A DNA stretch of 44,671 nucleotides from a virus. Taxonomy: Duplodnaviria; Caudoviricetes. Position 1 is the stretch's first letter; each line of letters begins with the position of its first letter. The position numbers and the translations under genes are program-made. The stretch spans positions 1-44,671 of the IMG/VR virus record IMGVR_UViG_3300033076_001342; one strand, given 5' to 3'. The notes beneath the pieces were generated by a model. The model saw only the letters and a list, made by a program, of their open reading frames with translations. It was not told the origin of the DNA and made no database searches. Below are positions 27,341 through 36,867 of this stretch, one piece after another.

Positions 27341-29127
27341 CCACTATCAATTTCACGAATGGGACAATCATCCCGGCAAGTTGGCTCAATGATGTTGACC
27401 AAGCGGTATATGAGGACATGGGTGGACCGGGAGGGCTAGCCTCCACCGCCAGCGGCAAGGGTGCGTCGCTGGTAGGCAGCAATGACGCTGGCGGATACTA
27501 CACCGCGACGAATGTTGAAGGGCAACTCCAAGAGATCGGCAAGCAGCAAACATTCGTCAATCTGTATAGGTTCTTCTCGTCTGCGCAAATAGCCGATTAC
27601 GAAGCGCGCACGGCGCAAAGTAACTTCGCCGGTGCGCTGGATTTGACGACAGCCATCCAGACGGCGATATATACGACGTATGCGGCCGGACAGAATCTGT
27701 ATTGCCCGGCCGGCGCTGCTAAGGTGACTGGTCTTGAGCTTCCGACAAATACGGCAAGTTATGAGGACCGTGGTGATGCATGGACGATGACGGGGCAGGG
27801 GGCCGCACAGACATTCATCGATACCACCAATAAAGGAACGGTGTTTGTATCACAGACAGACACGCCTGTGCTGCGTTATCACACACGCAGGACGCCTCCG
27901 ACGAGTGGTGCAAATTACGTCATCCAGCACATTCGATTCGAGCAGCGTAATGCGGCCGCGACAAACCCTGTTGTGCTATTGGATGACCTGTGCGAGTACG
28001 CTGATTTCCATCACAATCAAATTCTACAATTCGGCGTTGGCGACGGCCTGAAGGTTTCATATCAGATCAAGGGTGAGATTCATCACAACTTCGTGATGTA
28101 TGGTGGGTACTTCTCTTCCACGCGATCGGCTGCTGGTATCGGCATCAATATCCCGACAGGCGGCAATGCTGGTCTGCTCACCGTTCGCAAGAACACATGC
28201 AGAGCATTTTTCAGGCAGTTGGTTCTTGGTGATGGGACCAATAATCCAAGTGGCACGCTGCTGGACCAAAACGAGGCAAGCGATTGCACACACGGAACAT
28301 GGATTCGCGCGGGGGTTTCCACATGCACAGTTAACAAACCGTACTTTGAGGGAATTTCTGGGACGTGCGTCCTAGACGAGGGCACGTCTACAGTCGTTCA
28401 AGACGGGCAGTTTTACTTTGGATTTGCAGTAGGTATCGACGGGACTGCATTCACGTATGGTAATACGTATGTCCGAAACTACCTTGAGACATCTGGTGCA
28501 ATCACTGGCGGCGGTACTGGCGGAATTCTTATAAAGGTTCGCAGCGACGGACCAAAGAAAACTGTACGCGATAACACGCTTGTCTTTTCGACAAGTGGTG
28601 GGACAGTTACTAACGTTATTGGGTTACAGATTGATGGTGGCACGGGTTCTGCAGCGAGAATAGACCACAGCAATACCTACAATCCGCGCGGGCCATGGGT
28701 TGGTGGGGCTGGTACGGTTAAGATTCTAGACGGCACAACAGCCTCTAATGCGGGGGGTCTTGTTGGATTTGGAACTGGGAACAATGGAAACGCAGAGTTT
28801 CCGATGCTGTCTCAAGGCGCAGTGTCGTTCCTCATCGGGCCTAGTGCGCTGACGCAAGCCAATGTTGCGGCGAACGTTCTAACGATTCCACAGGGTTCGT
28901 TTTTTACTGTATCAGCTACGGCTGCTGTGACAGTTAACTCGTTTGATGATGGGGCCAATAATGGGCGCTTGATTATCTTTAGGACGACGACTGCAAACAT
29001 GACTTTTGCGGACACTGCGTTCAATTTGCTGGCTGGCCCATTTACTGGCCCTGGTGTAATTGGTTTCGTCACCGAACGGATTGGCGCAAGTACGTTTGCC
29101 TATGAACTTTTCAGAGCGGTGCATTGA
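27337..29127 (+). CDS. Tailspike / receptor-binding protein (beta-helix, depolymerase-like)
   Basis: N-terminal anchor (PASWLNDV, GASLVG, NVEG.LQE), D.T.AIQ.AI...LY.PAG cap, Gly/Asn-rich beta-helix repeats. Confidence 0.8.
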   Translation: MTTINFTNGTIIPASWLNDVDQAVYEDMGGPGGLASTASGKGASLVGSNDAGGYYTATNVEGQLQEIGKQQTFVNLYRFFSSAQIADYEARTAQSNFAGALDLTTAIQTAIYTTYAAGQNLYCPAGAAKVTGLELPTNTASYEDRGDAWTMTGQGAAQTFIDTTNKGTVFVSQTDTPVLRYHTRRTPPTSGANYVIQHIRFEQRNAAATNPVVLLDDLCEYADFHHNQILQFGVGDGLKVSYQIKGEIHHNFVMYGGYFSSTRSAAGIGINIPTGGNAGLLTVRKNTCRAFFRQLVLGDGTNNPSGTLLDQNEASDCTHGTWIRAGVSTCTVNKPYFEGISGTCVLDEGTSTVVQDGQFYFGFAVGIDGTAFTYGNTYVRNYLETSGAITGGGTGGILIKVRSDGPKKTVRDNTLVFSTSGGTVTNVIGLQIDGGTGSAARIDHSNTYNPRGPWVGGAGTVKILDGTTASNAGGLVGFGTGNNGNAEFPMLSQGAVSFLIGPSALTQANVAANVLTIPQGSFFTVSATAAVTVNSFDDGANNGRLIIFRTTTANMTFADTAFNLLAGPFTGPGVIGFVTERIGASTFAYELFRAVH

Positions 29128-29201
29128 TGACCACCCACCACGACCCCGACTCTGTGCGCGCCTGGGCGACCGTGGCGCTTTCCTGATCGCAGGAGTTTTT
29201 C

Positions 29202-29447
29202 ATGGAAGACATCACCTTCGTCGACCTCGTTGGCCCCGCCGTGCCGGCTAGTTGGCTGAACTCTGTAAACAACCTCGCAAACAAGCTATCAAACTCTTAT
29301 ACCGTGGCGACGCTGCCGACAGGGTTTGCCGGCGCAAGGACTCTCGTAACGGACGCAACGGCCACTGCATTCGCTTCGACCCCCACGGGCGGTGGTGCCA
29401 ATAAAGTCCCCGTGTATTGGGATGGGGCCTCCTGGAAGATAGGGTGA
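29202..29447 (+). CDS. Short fibre-like protein
   Basis: AGGAG RBS; PASWLN.V anchor plus YTVATLP...VTDA...GGGANKVPVYWDG.SW.IG tip module. Confidence 0.7.
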   Translation: MEDITFVDLVGPAVPASWLNSVNNLANKLSNSYTVATLPTGFAGARTLVTDATATAFASTPTGGGANKVPVYWDGASWKIG

Positions 29448-29485
29448 ACGATAGATAGCGAAACACACAACAACAAGGAGCCCGT

Positions 29486-29761
29486 ATGTCGAACTCTGAG
29501 GATATTCCAGTGACCGACACTGAATGGCGGGCCTGGGCCGCTGACATGGAAATCCGGATGGGCCGGGTCGAGGATGACTTACGGGAAAACAACATCCAGA
29601 CGCAAGAGGTCCACCAAATCATCACCGACGCAAGAGGATTTTTCCGGTTCCTCGCGCGCTTGGGTACCGTGTTCATATGGATCGCGAAAGTGGGCGCGGC
29701 GGGTGGTGCCCTTTGGGCTCTTATCTCGGCCTTGAAGAGTGGAAAGCCACCTTCACTTTGA
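29486..29761 (+). CDS. Holin-like membrane protein
   Basis: AAGGAG RBS; N-terminal coiled coil and C-terminal hydrophobic helix; last late gene. Confidence 0.5.
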   Translation: MSNSEDIPVTDTEWRAWAADMEIRMGRVEDDLRENNIQTQEVHQIITDARGFFRFLARLGTVFIWIAKVGAAGGALWALISALKSGKPPSL

Positions 29762-32317
29762 GCTCTCTTTGTCTTTCTTCCCGAACATTGTAGCCTGACG
29801 GGCACCGTCAATAGCAGCCCAAATGTGCCCGATGTCTTTCGCAGATTTGTCAAGATCATAGGCGTAGGCGGATCCCTGCCATGCCTTACTTGGCCTGACC
29901 CGGCCGAACCCGATTGCCACGAGTACATTTCGTAGGCGGGTAACATCGGCGGGCGACTGTTTCGCCACATCGACCCCTAAAATCACACCAAGAATGATGT
30001 GGCTGCTGGCGGCTCGAACGATGAATTCATTTTCCGATGCTTTACCATTGATGTACTTCGGTAAAGCATGAAATGCGGTCGAATAGCTGTCCGGGTCAGT
30101 AAGCGCAGCCCTGATCTTAGTGTACCAGGGATCGACATCTTCCACAGTGACCTGTCGAGCGGACTGTTCGGCTGCTGTCTCGTCGGCGGGGACGGTCCAC
30201 CAGTCCTCCCCTGACTGATATGCTTCGACCGCCTCGGCCCAGATCTGGGCCGCACACTCCTTCAGGGCATCTGATCGGACGGTCGAGACTTCCCCACACC
30301 ACACTGGCCAAAAACGCCGAACCCCGGTGAGGTCAGTGATATAAGATTTCCCGACTTCGTTTGTAGTCCCACCGAACACGCAAGTACGGGGATATTGGCG
30401 GGCGTTCCGTTCATAGGCGAGGCGCACTTCGTCGGTCGTCGTCGTGAGCATGGCCTTGAGTGTCTCCATGTCCGCTTTTCTGACAGCCGCGAGTTCAGAC
30501 ATTTCAACGATCATCTTGCCCGAAATGACTGCCACCATGTCGCGCTGGCCATTGTTAGCTTTGATGCCGCCAGAATATTCGACGTAAAACTGGCCGCCAA
30601 GCGCCCGCAGAGCTTTTGATTTGCCGATGCCCTGGGCGCCTTCTAGAATCAGCATGTAGTCGGCTTGGCAGCCCGGATCCATGGCTCGAGCCACGGCAGA
30701 CAGGAGCCACTTTCGACCCACCGCCCTGGTGTATTCAGTGTTCTTGGTCCCCATGAAATTGGGCAGCCATTCGTCGAGGCGTTTGGCCCCGTCCCACCGC
30801 AATCCCTTCAAGTGCGCCTTGAGTGGGTTGATGACACGTTCGTTGGCCAACCATCTGATCGCCTGGGAAACGTGGACCTGCTTTACCCAGGTGTCCCCGG
30901 CTGAATGAAACGTGACAAGAAGCTTGATTTCGTCGTCGTCCATCAACGGCATGCAATCGATGGACCCGGGCTGACCGACTCGAATACGCCAGTCGAATTC
31001 CGATATCCAATACATCGGAGCATGTCCTTCAGCCTGAAGCTTTCGGATTCGATTGATTACCCCGACTAGGTTTCCCTTCTCATTGTTTTCACCGATCGTT
31101 TCACGGATGTATCGGCGTTTTTCTTCCTTGATCGCATCTTCGAGAATAGCTAGCCGCCCTCGGTCAACTTCTTTCTTGATGGACGTTAGAATCCCGGACA
31201 GCTGCTTTTGTGTCGCGGCGGCGGCTTGGAGCAGCTCTTTGTCCGGCGTTGGGGTGTCTGAACGACACCACTCGACTAATCGGTGTTTGACAGTGTCCGG
31301 ATCTTTATATGTCGGGTCGATCTTCTCTCGAAACTCTTTCCACCGGAATGCCGAACAGGAGTTGTGCAGGCATCGGTATATCGGGCGCCCATTCACTAGG
31401 GCAACCATCGGGCTTTCATGTCCGTGATTAAACGGACAATGAGAAATGAGCCATTTTTGGCCCTCGTTTCCGAAGATGGGCCGGGGGCCAGACGTGACCG
31501 TTACCCCGCGGTCCATCAGCCATTTGGTCATGTCCCCGATATATTCGCCAGCCATGTCGCGGAATTCTTCCGCCTTGGCATCGCGCATTGGAGCAGCAAC
31601 CGCCGATATCTGATCCCGGGTAAGAAGTTTTACTTCTTCGGGGACACTGAGCAGTTTAGCAACACGGTGCGGCCTTTCTTTGGTGCTCGACCCCTTCCCA
31701 GATACTGTGCCGTATACTTTCCAGATGCGCCCCGCATTAAAACTGGTCGTGTCGACCAATACCGCTGCTGTCGACCAAATGGACGACAGCATCTTGGTTG
31801 CGAACTCGAAATCGACCCGGGCGGGGGCATCATTCGGCTCGTCGACTCGGTACATAATGTGGATGCCATTTCCAGACATAGCCACATAAGGTTCTGGCCA
31901 TCCTATCGAGGATAGCCAGTTCACAATAGCATCAGCGAGTTGTGTTGTATCTTCTAGTTCAGCGTCACTTGATGACACCCCGGCCGGCCTGACCGGATCC
32001 AGATCTAGAAGAAACCACCGGCGCTTCTCAATTTCGTGGTCAGCAGTTGTGACTGTGGCGCCGTAGTCGAACCGATTGTGATTCCGAGCAATCAGCGCCG
32101 GCTGGACCGGGTTGGCGGTGACGTAAATCCCTGGCCATTTTTTGTTTTCTTTTGCGATCAGTACCGCGGCTTTGCTGGAGTCGTCAAAATATCCACTAAT
32201 CGTCCTACCCCGGCCCCCGGGGATGCGGATTTCATAACACCCTCCAGGCTCATGGAGGAAGTCAAGCCCAGCTTTGACCAACGCCGTCGCTGGCGTATCG
32301 CGGTACTCTTCGAACAT
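29753..32317 (-). CDS. Primase-helicase (PrimPol-like N-terminus, Zn-finger, VirE/VapE-like P-loop ATPase)
   Basis: DLD and SGNGIH primase motifs, CPF..H...CLH..C, WDG..RL, Walker A GAQGIGKS, GTTN, RRFWPV. Confidence 0.88.
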   Translation of the reverse strand: MFEEYRDTPATALVKAGLDFLHEPGGCYEIRIPGGRGRTISGYFDDSSKAAVLIAKENKKWPGIYVTANPVQPALIARNHNRFDYGATVTTADHEIEKRRWFLLDLDPVRPAGVSSSDAELEDTTQLADAIVNWLSSIGWPEPYVAMSGNGIHIMYRVDEPNDAPARVDFEFATKMLSSIWSTAAVLVDTTSFNAGRIWKVYGTVSGKGSSTKERPHRVAKLLSVPEEVKLLTRDQISAVAAPMRDAKAEEFRDMAGEYIGDMTKWLMDRGVTVTSGPRPIFGNEGQKWLISHCPFNHGHESPMVALVNGRPIYRCLHNSCSAFRWKEFREKIDPTYKDPDTVKHRLVEWCRSDTPTPDKELLQAAAATQKQLSGILTSIKKEVDRGRLAILEDAIKEEKRRYIRETIGENNEKGNLVGVINRIRKLQAEGHAPMYWISEFDWRIRVGQPGSIDCMPLMDDDEIKLLVTFHSAGDTWVKQVHVSQAIRWLANERVINPLKAHLKGLRWDGAKRLDEWLPNFMGTKNTEYTRAVGRKWLLSAVARAMDPGCQADYMLILEGAQGIGKSKALRALGGQFYVEYSGGIKANNGQRDMVAVISGKMIVEMSELAAVRKADMETLKAMLTTTTDEVRLAYERNARQYPRTCVFGGTTNEVGKSYITDLTGVRRFWPVWCGEVSTVRSDALKECAAQIWAEAVEAYQSGEDWWTVPADETAAEQSARQVTVEDVDPWYTKIRAALTDPDSYSTAFHALPKYINGKASENEFIVRAASSHIILGVILGVDVAKQSPADVTRLRNVLVAIGFGRVRPSKAWQGSAYAYDLDKSAKDIGHIWAAIDGARQATMFGKKDKESSK

Positions 32318-32751
32318 TAATTTCTCCTGGCACTGACATTTCGGACGATGTCAGATAATTTAGTTCGTGCGACACTATCAGCTATGAAATTGGAGTTTCT
32401 GAACCATGCCTCCAATGGTTGTGTGAGTTTCCATGACCCATCACGGCGGGTGTCGCACCAATAAATGCCCCCCGAAAATCGAGCAAGCACCAGGATGGGC
32501 ACCAAGGTCCGATGGGTATCGATCCATTGGATTTGACTCGGCTCCATTCCGAGAGGCGTGTCATGCTTCCCGGTAGGCGCTTTAAGTTCAATCCAGCACG
32601 TTTCGTACCCTGCCGGGTTCGGGCCATAAGTCACCACCGACATGTCTGGGACCCCTGGATTCACTCGGCCATCTTCGTGCCATGTGATTTCCCAGACACC
32701 CCGCATCATCTTGGACAGTTCATGCCGGAATTCAAGCTCACGAGAATTCAT
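32317..32751 (-). CDS. PD-(D/E)xK nuclease (VRR-NUC / resolvase-like)
   Basis: GVPD...WIELK...Q..W. Confidence 0.75.
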   Translation of the reverse strand: MNSRELEFRHELSKMMRGVWEITWHEDGRVNPGVPDMSVVTYGPNPAGYETCWIELKAPTGKHDTPLGMEPSQIQWIDTHRTLVPILVLARFSGGIYWCDTRRDGSWKLTQPLEAWFRNSNFIADSVARTKLSDIVRNVSARRN

Positions 32752-33355
32752 ACGCGTAGAACGTAATTTGGGAGTTCACGTGCCTGTACACTTCTTCTGG
32801 CCATTCTGTCGCAACCTGACCGGACAGGTTGATGAGTTGTGCGGCGAGTCCGTCTTTCGCATGGGCCGCAGTGGTTCCGATGCCATGGTTTCGCATGAAT
32901 CGAATGCCATCTGCGAGGTCACACATCTTCACCATCTTTTTCAGCTGACTTGGCCATTCTTCGATGTACACTTTTGGGATCACTGAGGATTCCAATTCAT
33001 CGATGCCCGCCAACTGTTTCTTCGTGTGGCTTGGAATATCGCCGGTATAGACCTCGGGCAGATCGTGGAGGATACCACACAGCGCGGCGGCCTGGGAGGT
33101 CCCAAAATACATGCCCGGCGCCGTCTTAGCGATGTAGTACGCCAACAAAGACACATTCGCGGAATGTTCAGCGAGTGTTTGTTGTCTGGTCGTGTCGATC
33201 ATATGCCAACGCTTGACCGATTGAAACCTGATCACAGCTTCGGTGGCGGCCCATTTTTCATCGTGGGCGTAGAACACGTGCGCGTGGCCCGAAGGGACTT
33301 CATCAAGAGGAACCGGGCCTAGATGGGCCAATGGAAGATAAACACCAGTGCTCAT
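32738..33355 (-). CDS. datZ: HD-domain dATP triphosphohydrolase DatZ
   Basis: RWH, AEHS, LHDLPEVYTGDIP, K.CD; adjacent to purZ and mazZ; ATGA-coupled start at 33355. Confidence 0.85.
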   Translation of the reverse strand: MSTGVYLPLAHLGPVPLDEVPSGHAHVFYAHDEKWAATEAVIRFQSVKRWHMIDTTRQQTLAEHSANVSLLAYYIAKTAPGMYFGTSQAAALCGILHDLPEVYTGDIPSHTKKQLAGIDELESSVIPKVYIEEWPSQLKKMVKMCDLADGIRFMRNHGIGTTAAHAKDGLAAQLINLSGQVATEWPEEVYRHVNSQITFYAYEFS

Positions 33356-33651
33356 TTTTGTTCCACGTGATGGTATACATTGGTGACTGGGTTGAGTGCC
33401 CATTGGCGCTCTTCGAGGGTGGCCAGTTTTTTCCGGACCGCCGCCTCGATGTCCATGCCCTTTCGAGCTGCGAAATCGAGCCAGAGAATGAAGACGTCGG
33501 CTACTTCATCCGGGTCGTTGGTGTCCTTGACCACTTCGCCGATTTCTTCATATAGCTTGAATAACATGCTCGCATCAGTGCGCCTTGGGAACAGAGCATT
33601 CGCAACCATGTAAACTTCAAGAGCCAAAGAGTTGATCGAAGTGGACATCAC
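33352..33651 (-). CDS. mazZ: MazG-like (d)GTP pyrophosphohydrolase MazZ
   Basis: EEIGE...DEVADV all-alpha NTP-PPase motif; lies between purZ and datZ. Confidence 0.8.
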   Translation of the reverse strand: MMSTSINSLALEVYMVANALFPRRTDASMLFKLYEEIGEVVKDTNDPDEVADVFILWLDFAARKGMDIEAAVRKKLATLEERQWALNPVTNVYHHVEQK

Positions 33652-34712
33652 TCACTCCTCGCTAGGTACTCGACAGTAGTGAAAACTTCTGTGTCCGATG
33701 GGCCGGTTCCCACCCACGCGACCCGTGGCGGATTCAAAGCCATCACGCCGGCTGTGCTCATCGAAGTGATCAGATCAATCACTTCATTCCGCTTCATGTA
33801 GTTGGCGAAATTGAGGAAGAGGCATGTTTCCCAATACCCTTGACAATGCCACAGGGCTTCAGTCAACTGTATCCTACTGAATGTGAACACTCGGCGGGGC
33901 AACTTGGTGACAGTGGTCAGCTCTGGCTCGAGCCCGATATCCTTCCACTCGATTTCCTGCTGATCCGGGTAGCATGGCCCGGATGTCCCATCGCGGTTGC
34001 TCACTCGGATCGGATATGTTCTCAGTGTGCCGATCACTTTGACGTATGGCGCCCACTTGAATGGCAACCCGCAATCCGCCATGATCTGCCAAGGTGTCAC
34101 GTCACGAGATGTGGTGAATGGGTACTGCCCGTGGTACATTGAGAGGCTGTACCCCTGGGCGCCCTCGACCATGACATTTTCGGCAGCCTCGGCCACTCTG
34201 AGGTACTCTTCAGGCGTGGTGATGTATCCCGCGAGAATGGGGTGCGTCTTCCAACGGACCCCAACAACATTCGGGTTTGATGGGTTACGCCGGATCCGTT
34301 CCACGTAGGCGGCTCCAACACCTTTCGCGGTCGACCCTATCTTGGTCATCCCGGTCTGCACTTCAGATTGCGTATGATAGTCTTCGACCACGGCAGCGTG
34401 CGGATGGATCAGAATACGTTTGCCATCAAGATACCGGTGGTATCTCATGATTTCATCGATCAGGGTCTGTTCATGTATGGCCGACCCAGGTCCGAGAAGG
34501 ATGTTTTTCACGGTCGGGGAGACAACGCCGGCAACAGGCAGTTGTTGGGTCATCACAACCATCGGGCCGTCGATGTACGTGTGCCCAGCGTTTGTTGCGA
34601 ACGAACAGACCGCGGTGTCGTAATTACCGCGTTTTGCGAGGTATCCGACAATCAGACCCTTACCGGTCGAACCGTATTGAAAGTCCATGACTAGATCGAT
34701 ATCATGTGCCAT
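33648..34712 (-). CDS. purZ: N6-succino-2-amino-2'-deoxyadenylate synthase PurZ
   Basis: PurA fold with QYGSTGKG (Ser instead of the PurA Asp), NAGHT, EGAQG, YPFTTSR, TTVTKLPRR, NFAN; start at 34712 behind AGGAG. Confidence 0.93.
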   Translation of the reverse strand: MAHDIDLVMDFQYGSTGKGLIVGYLAKRGNYDTAVCSFATNAGHTYIDGPMVVMTQQLPVAGVVSPTVKNILLGPGSAIHEQTLIDEIMRYHRYLDGKRILIHPHAAVVEDYHTQSEVQTGMTKIGSTAKGVGAAYVERIRRNPSNPNVVGVRWKTHPILAGYITTPEEYLRVAEAAENVMVEGAQGYSLSMYHGQYPFTTSRDVTPWQIMADCGLPFKWAPYVKVIGTLRTYPIRVSNRDGTSGPCYPDQQEIEWKDIGLEPELTTVTKLPRRVFTFSRIQLTEALWHCQGYWETCLFLNFANYMKRNEVIDLITSMSTAGVMALNPPRVAWVGTGPSDTEVFTTVEYLARSE

Positions 34713-34713
34713 T

Positions 34714-34929
34714 TCAATCTCCTGTGAACATCTGTTGGATCTGACGCAACCGCTCTTGGTCACGTTCACGGATTTCTCTCTTCAGTGTTTTAATTTGCTC
34801 CTCAAGCTGTTCAATTCGTGAATCCTCGCTGTGATAGTCCATTATCTTTCCGAGCGCGGCAGCAAGGGACAATTCCCCGTTAATATATGCATTCCGTTCC
34901 AATTCTTCGATCGATAGTGGCATAATCAA
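34714..34929 (-). CDS. Small coiled-coil protein
   Basis: 71 aa tiled between polymerase and purZ. Confidence 0.65.
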   Translation of the reverse strand: MIMPLSIEELERNAYINGELSLAAALGKIMDYHSEDSRIEQLEEQIKTLKREIRERDQERLRQIQQMFTGD

Positions 34930-36779
34930 TCCTTACTGGCGTCCCACCAATTGGCCCCGAATTTCGCGGACGCGGTGATGGGAACCCGCATCCGGATGGG
35001 AGATTCATCAGACGCGAAATTGGTGTACGCGGCCCGGATCATCTCTTTTGTTTGATCATCAGGGCGAGTAGATACACCAATTTCGTCGTGGCAAGACATC
35101 ATCAATCGAGCCGGCTCGGGTAGACGACCGGATCTGATGACTTTGTCAACCATAACAAGTCCGTATTTGTGAAGATCGGCGGCGTATGCTTGATAAAGCA
35201 GTCCGGCGGCTTTGTGAGCGCCAACTCCACGAGGAAAGCGGAGACGCCTTCCGATGCTTGTCTTAACGTATCCTGTGGTTTTAGCGACGTTCTCGGCCCG
35301 GCGCATGAAGTCATTGACGGCGGGGAGTTTAGTGTGATACAACTCAAATATCCGCTTTGCCTCAGGACCAGGAATGTACGCCATCCTGCCTCGTCTTTCG
35401 GTGACCTCATACTGCATTCCCATCATGAAGGCCAGTTTGCCGGACCCGGCCCCAAATGATAGGCCCAGATTGATTTGCTTGGTGTTCGGAGCGCCCGCGT
35501 ATGGTGGATTGCGCGGGATGCCCGTCATATCGCTGACCACTTTATGGTAGTCGAGGGATGGGTCCTGCCAATAAGCCTCGATAACTGACGGGTCATTCTG
35601 TAGATGTGCACCGCAGCGGAAGTCGACTTGGGAATAATCCTCGCATAACCACTCGTCGCCGGGGTCAGCCAGAAAACAGGCGCGAAGAATGGCCGCGTTG
35701 TTTTTATCCCGCTTTGTGATCTGCTGAAGTGCAGGGTCGGTAGAAGAAAGACGGCCGGTGACTGTACCGGCGTCAGCGTCGTTCCGTGTTTGATTGAAAG
35801 TTGTGTGCACGTATCCGTCATCGTCAGCGCTTCCGAGAACGTGACCCTTGAGAAAGGTGTCCCGTAATTTGATAGTTTTACGAAGCTCCAGTATCTTCTC
35901 GGCGAGGGGATGTTTGATTTCGCGCATCGCGTGCTGATCGAGGCTCGGGCCTTTGCCACCCTTCGTCGGTCCAACAAGCGTTCCATCGATGAGGCGCCAT
36001 TGGAATTTGTTAACGGGTTCTGGCTTGAAAAAAGCCCGGATCTGAGGCGACGAGTTAACATTGAATTTACCTCCAGTGAGTTCGTTGACTTCAGACTGCA
36101 GTTGATCAGCTTTCACATCGAGTTCGGGGATGGCGGCCTGGGCTCTTTCGGTATCCACCCGGATTCCGCCCCAGGACATTTCCGCCAAAATCGGCATCAG
36201 CCGAAATTCAAGGTCACAGACGCGACCAAGCTCCTGTTCTTCAATGTGGCGCTGCTGCCTATGCCAAATCGCGAGAGTGTCAGCAGCGTCACTCGCCCCG
36301 TACGCGGTGACCAGATCCGGGGGGGCGTCGGCCAGCCGGGCCAGGGCGGTGCGGTGGTCTGATACGCCCAGGGCTGCCGCGATACTGTCCAGACAGCGAT
36401 GCTTCGCCGAATCGATGCCGTGTCGGGTAGCTATGGAATACAGATCGTATGTCAGTTGGTGCTCGTCGATGAGGCAATCAGCCGTCATCGTGCAATACCA
36501 ATCATACTGGCGTGGATCGATTCCCAACACACGCAAGCACTGATTCTCATACTGGGCAAATTGGGCGATGACCAGTCGGCCTTCGAGCGTGTCTTTTAAA
36601 TACTGGATCAGGCCCGGGTGTTCTCGTAGATCCCAATATCTGGACTCGCCCGTCACGGCGATAGAGGCGCCCAACACTCGAAAATCGGCATCCCAATAAT
36701 TCTTGCCGTTGGTTTCGAAATCCAGTGCCACTTCATCGGGACCGAATCCGGGCGCTGGTAGGTAGAGGAAATCAGGCAT
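34926..36779 (-). CDS. dpoZ: Family A DNA polymerase with 3'-5' exonuclease, DpoZ-type
   Basis: ExoI DFET, ExoIII Y...D, TGRLSS, motif A DYSQVDFR, motif B KQINLGLSFG, motif C HDE; next to purZ. Confidence 0.88.
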   Translation of the reverse strand: MPDFLYLPAPGFGPDEVALDFETNGKNYWDADFRVLGASIAVTGESRYWDLREHPGLIQYLKDTLEGRLVIAQFAQYENQCLRVLGIDPRQYDWYCTMTADCLIDEHQLTYDLYSIATRHGIDSAKHRCLDSIAAALGVSDHRTALARLADAPPDLVTAYGASDAADTLAIWHRQQRHIEEQELGRVCDLEFRLMPILAEMSWGGIRVDTERAQAAIPELDVKADQLQSEVNELTGGKFNVNSSPQIRAFFKPEPVNKFQWRLIDGTLVGPTKGGKGPSLDQHAMREIKHPLAEKILELRKTIKLRDTFLKGHVLGSADDDGYVHTTFNQTRNDADAGTVTGRLSSTDPALQQITKRDKNNAAILRACFLADPGDEWLCEDYSQVDFRCGAHLQNDPSVIEAYWQDPSLDYHKVVSDMTGIPRNPPYAGAPNTKQINLGLSFGAGSGKLAFMMGMQYEVTERRGRMAYIPGPEAKRIFELYHTKLPAVNDFMRRAENVAKTTGYVKTSIGRRLRFPRGVGAHKAAGLLYQAYAADLHKYGLVMVDKVIRSGRLPEPARLMMSCHDEIGVSTRPDDQTKEMIRAAYTNFASDESPIRMRVPITASAKFGANWWDASKD

Positions 36780-36792
36780 CTATTTCTCTATT

Positions 36793-36835
36793 AAAAAGCC
36801 CCATGGCCGGCAACTGCGAAGTATGGCCATGGGGC
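36793..36835 (-). terminator. Intrinsic terminator-like hairpin upstream of the polymerase
   Basis: 11-bp stem GCCCCATGGCC/GGCCATGGGGC followed by TTTTT on the minus strand. Confidence 0.65.
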
Positions 36836-36867
36836 ACAAAACCGGTTTTACCCGGCAGGAGACAACC

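Noticed and set aside
33648-34712. Ordinary adenylosuccinate synthetase PurA (auxiliary metabolic gene) or GTP-using PurZ0
   Set aside because: Catalytic Asp replaced by Ser, NFAN instead of a TKLD-type guanine-specificity motif, and mazZ/datZ/dpoZ context
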